From Paraphysomonas bandaiensis (taxonomy: Eukaryota > Protista > Chrysophyceae), in contig CBFFRP010000059.1 of assembly GCA_965644295.1 (NCBI GenBank), positions 81,147 to 145,146 on the forward strand: a stretch of DNA of 64,000 nt. The letters are read 5' to 3'. The notes beneath the pieces are model-generated. The model was given only the letters and a program-made list of their open reading frames with translations, had not been told where the DNA came from and did not search any database. Within the stretch, counting starts at the first letter, position 1. The number at the start of each line of letters is the position of its first letter. Shown here in pieces: positions 61,970-64,000 of this stretch. The position numbers were made by a program, and so were the translations under genes.

Positions 61970-62630
61970 GAACCCCTTACATAACAATAACAATGAATAT
62001 AACGAATACGATACATATGACCAAACAAAGACAACACACCTGATATGCACTCATCATGACATCATCATATTTCCTTTATTTCCATGCTTGTTATATGTCA
62101 CAATGATATAGACACAATGACAATGAATATTATGAATGAATATATATATATGTATATATATACTCAGCTCACAGACAACATACACAAACAACATACACAG
62201 CAACACAAAACACTACCAATCGAGATATTTGATACACTGTATCAAATTTCTGGCCGTCGTGTAGGTGAGTACAACAAAATTGATTGGATGAGAGTTAACC
62301 TAACTGTGTTGTACTCGCGAGTCCGGTGACAGATATTTGATACACTGTATCAAATTTCTGGCCGCCGTGTAGGGTGTACAACAGAATTTTCAGTTTATAT
62401 AAATCAAGGTTTTTATATAAAACCCATATTTTTATAAAAATCTTGAATTTAAGCAAAAAAAGTCCAAATCCATTTTGCTACAACAAAAAGACAAAAAAAG
62501 CAAAAAAAATTATATAAAAATCTTGAATTTAAGCAAAAAAGTCCCAATTTTTATATAAAAACCTTGATTTATATAAAAACCCTTAATTTTAGAAATAAAA
62601 ACCCCCAATTTTGTTTAAAAAACCTTAATT

Positions 62631-62894
62631 TTAGTAATGTTTTATTCTTACATTAATTACATCGATCACATCTTCAAAATGCATGACAAATTCTTCAAAG
62701 TCTTTAATATTTATTGTATAATCATGCCAAAACAAATTAGGGTTAGAACTACGAGCGTTAAATTTAGAATGGTCTATTTCTTTAAAGAATTGTACACTAC
62801 GAGCGGTAAATTTAGAATGGTCTAATGATTCAAAGAGTTCTACACAGAGTGGGCCACTTTTTTTTTTATACTTAATAATTACATCGATTAACAT
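62631..62894 (-). CDS. Small hypothetical virus-like protein (87 aa) with internal repeats
   Basis: ATG preceded by TATATACA. Repeats LDHSKFTARS/IDHSKFNARS and IDVII/IDVIN. Confidence 0.45.
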   Translation of the reverse strand: MLIDVIIKYKKKSGPLCVELFESLDHSKFTARSVQFFKEIDHSKFNARSSNPNLFWHDYTINIKDFEEFVMHFEDVIDVINVRIKHY

Positions 62895-62927
62895 TGTATA
62901 TATAATTAGAAAAGAAAACAAATTTAT

Positions 62928-62962
62928 GCAAAAACCCTATAAAACCTTGAAGTCTAATTTAA
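62928..62962 (+). promoter_or_regulatory. Conserved upstream motif, copy 2 (before the fibre-like gene)
   Basis: GCAAAAACCCTATAAAACCTTGAAGTCTAATTTAA, followed by TATATATAG-ATG. Confidence 0.55.
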
Positions 62963-63000
62963 TTATAGAAAATAATAATGTTGTTATATTATATATATAG

Positions 63001-64000
63001 ATGTCAATTTATACAAAGCCCAAAACAAGCAATAATGCCATTTTCAATGCAGAAAATCATAAACAGATTGAAACAGCAAGAGTAATATTAAATATGGCGG
63101 AATATGCAAGATTAGACAATGCTAAATTTACAGCGAACGTTGAAATCTTGAATGGTAATAACTTAACCATAAACAATGAACCCCAAACAGTGGCCTTTAC
63201 AGATTCAAAAAATAATATGTTGTCAGATATAAATACAAGATTATTAAACCTCACTGGAAATGAAATACAAACATTAGACGGTATAAATACCAATGAAACT
63301 ATACAATCACAATTAGATACATTAACAGCAAGTTTTGAAGGTCTTGATGCTCTCCAAGATATAGACTTAATTAATATACCGAATTTACAAACGGATGTAA
63401 CAAACTTACAAAGTGACAAACACGATTTAATAGATGTAAATAACAAGTTGGATTCTGGATTAGTTTATGACTCAACAGAATTAAACACAATGGATAATAT
63501 TATTTCTAGTTTGAAGACTCAAATAACAAGTAATGATACAGACATAACAAACTTACAAAGTGACAAACATGATTTAATAGATGTAAATAATAAGTTGGAT
63601 TCTTCATTAGTATATGACTCAACAGAATTAAATACAATAGATAATATAATAGTAAATTTACAAGGTCAAATAACAAGTAATGATACAGATATAACAAACT
63701 TACAAAGTGATAAACATGATTTAATAGACGTAAATAACAGGTTAGATTCTTCATTAGTATATGACTCAACAGAATTAAACACAATGGATAATATTATTTC
63801 TAGTTTGAAGACTCAAATAACAGGTAATGATACAGACATAACAAACTTACAAAGTGACAAACATGATTTAATAGATGTAAATAATAAGTTGGATTCTTCA
63901 TTAGTGTATGATTCAACAGAATTAAACACAATGGATAATATTATTTCTAGTTTGAAGACTCAAATAACAAGCAATGACACAGATATAACAAACTTACAAA
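63001..64000 (+). CDS. 3'-partial fibre-like coiled-coil protein with 49-aa (147-bp) tandem repeats; absent from the ORF track
   Basis: Open from ATG 63001 (MSIYTKPKTSNNAIFN) to the window end. The unit TNLQSDKHDLIDVNNKLDSSLVYDSTELNTMDNIISSLKTQITSNDTDI starts at about 63400, 63547, 63694, 63841 and 63988. Confidence 0.85.
   Translation, partial: MSIYTKPKTSNNAIFNAENHKQIETARVILNMAEYARLDNAKFTANVEILNGNNLTINNEPQTVAFTDSKNNMLSDINTRLLNLTGNEIQTLDGINTNETIQSQLDTLTASFEGLDALQDIDLINIPNLQTDVTNLQSDKHDLIDVNNKLDSGLVYDSTELNTMDNIISSLKTQITSNDTDITNLQSDKHDLIDVNNKLDSSLVYDSTELNTIDNIIVNLQGQITSNDTDITNLQSDKHDLIDVNNRLDSSLVYDSTELNTMDNIISSLKTQITGNDTDITNLQSDKHDLIDVNNKLDSSLVYDSTELNTMDNIISSLKTQITSNDTDITNLQ

Larger units (their letters stand above)
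60951..64000. mobile_element. Left part of an endogenous virus-like element (Polinton-like virus/virophage type); boundary approximate
   Basis: Very AT-rich, intronless ORFs (HNH-AP2 and fibre-like repeat protein) with a shared upstream motif and dense palindromes. AGAGAGA at 60951 is a possible terminus. No capsid or polymerase gene lies within the window. Confidence 0.6.

Overview
Eukaryotic nuclear DNA from a flagellated protist with mostly very short (~40-60 nt) spliceosomal introns; a stramenopile, possibly chrysophyte-like, is my inference. Host genes: a GLT1D1-like glycosyltransferase, SKI3/TTC37, IFT27, a secreted Cys-rich protein, BRR2, a PB1-domain MAP3K, proteasome alpha-2 and a NEK6/7-type kinase fused to an IFT57-like domain. 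Accessory DNA is extensive. (i) A 2-kb segment between two (TATG)n arrays carries an intronless SIR2_2/FAM118-like NADase gene with an unknown N-terminal domain. (ii) An 11.9-30 kb repeat island holds a TIR element, a decayed tyrosine-recombinase plus packaging-ATPase remnant of Polinton-like-virus (PLV) type, a ~555-bp satellite split by a rearranged Copia element lacking TG..CA termini, and a Harbinger Myb pseudogene. (iii) There is an intact young Copia element and a piggyBac-type MITE. (iv) At the right edge begins an AT-rich virus-like element (HNH-AP2 endonuclease, 49-aa-repeat fibre-like ORF, shared upstream motif, palindromes). All calls come from reading the sequence and recalled family motifs; no database searches were run.
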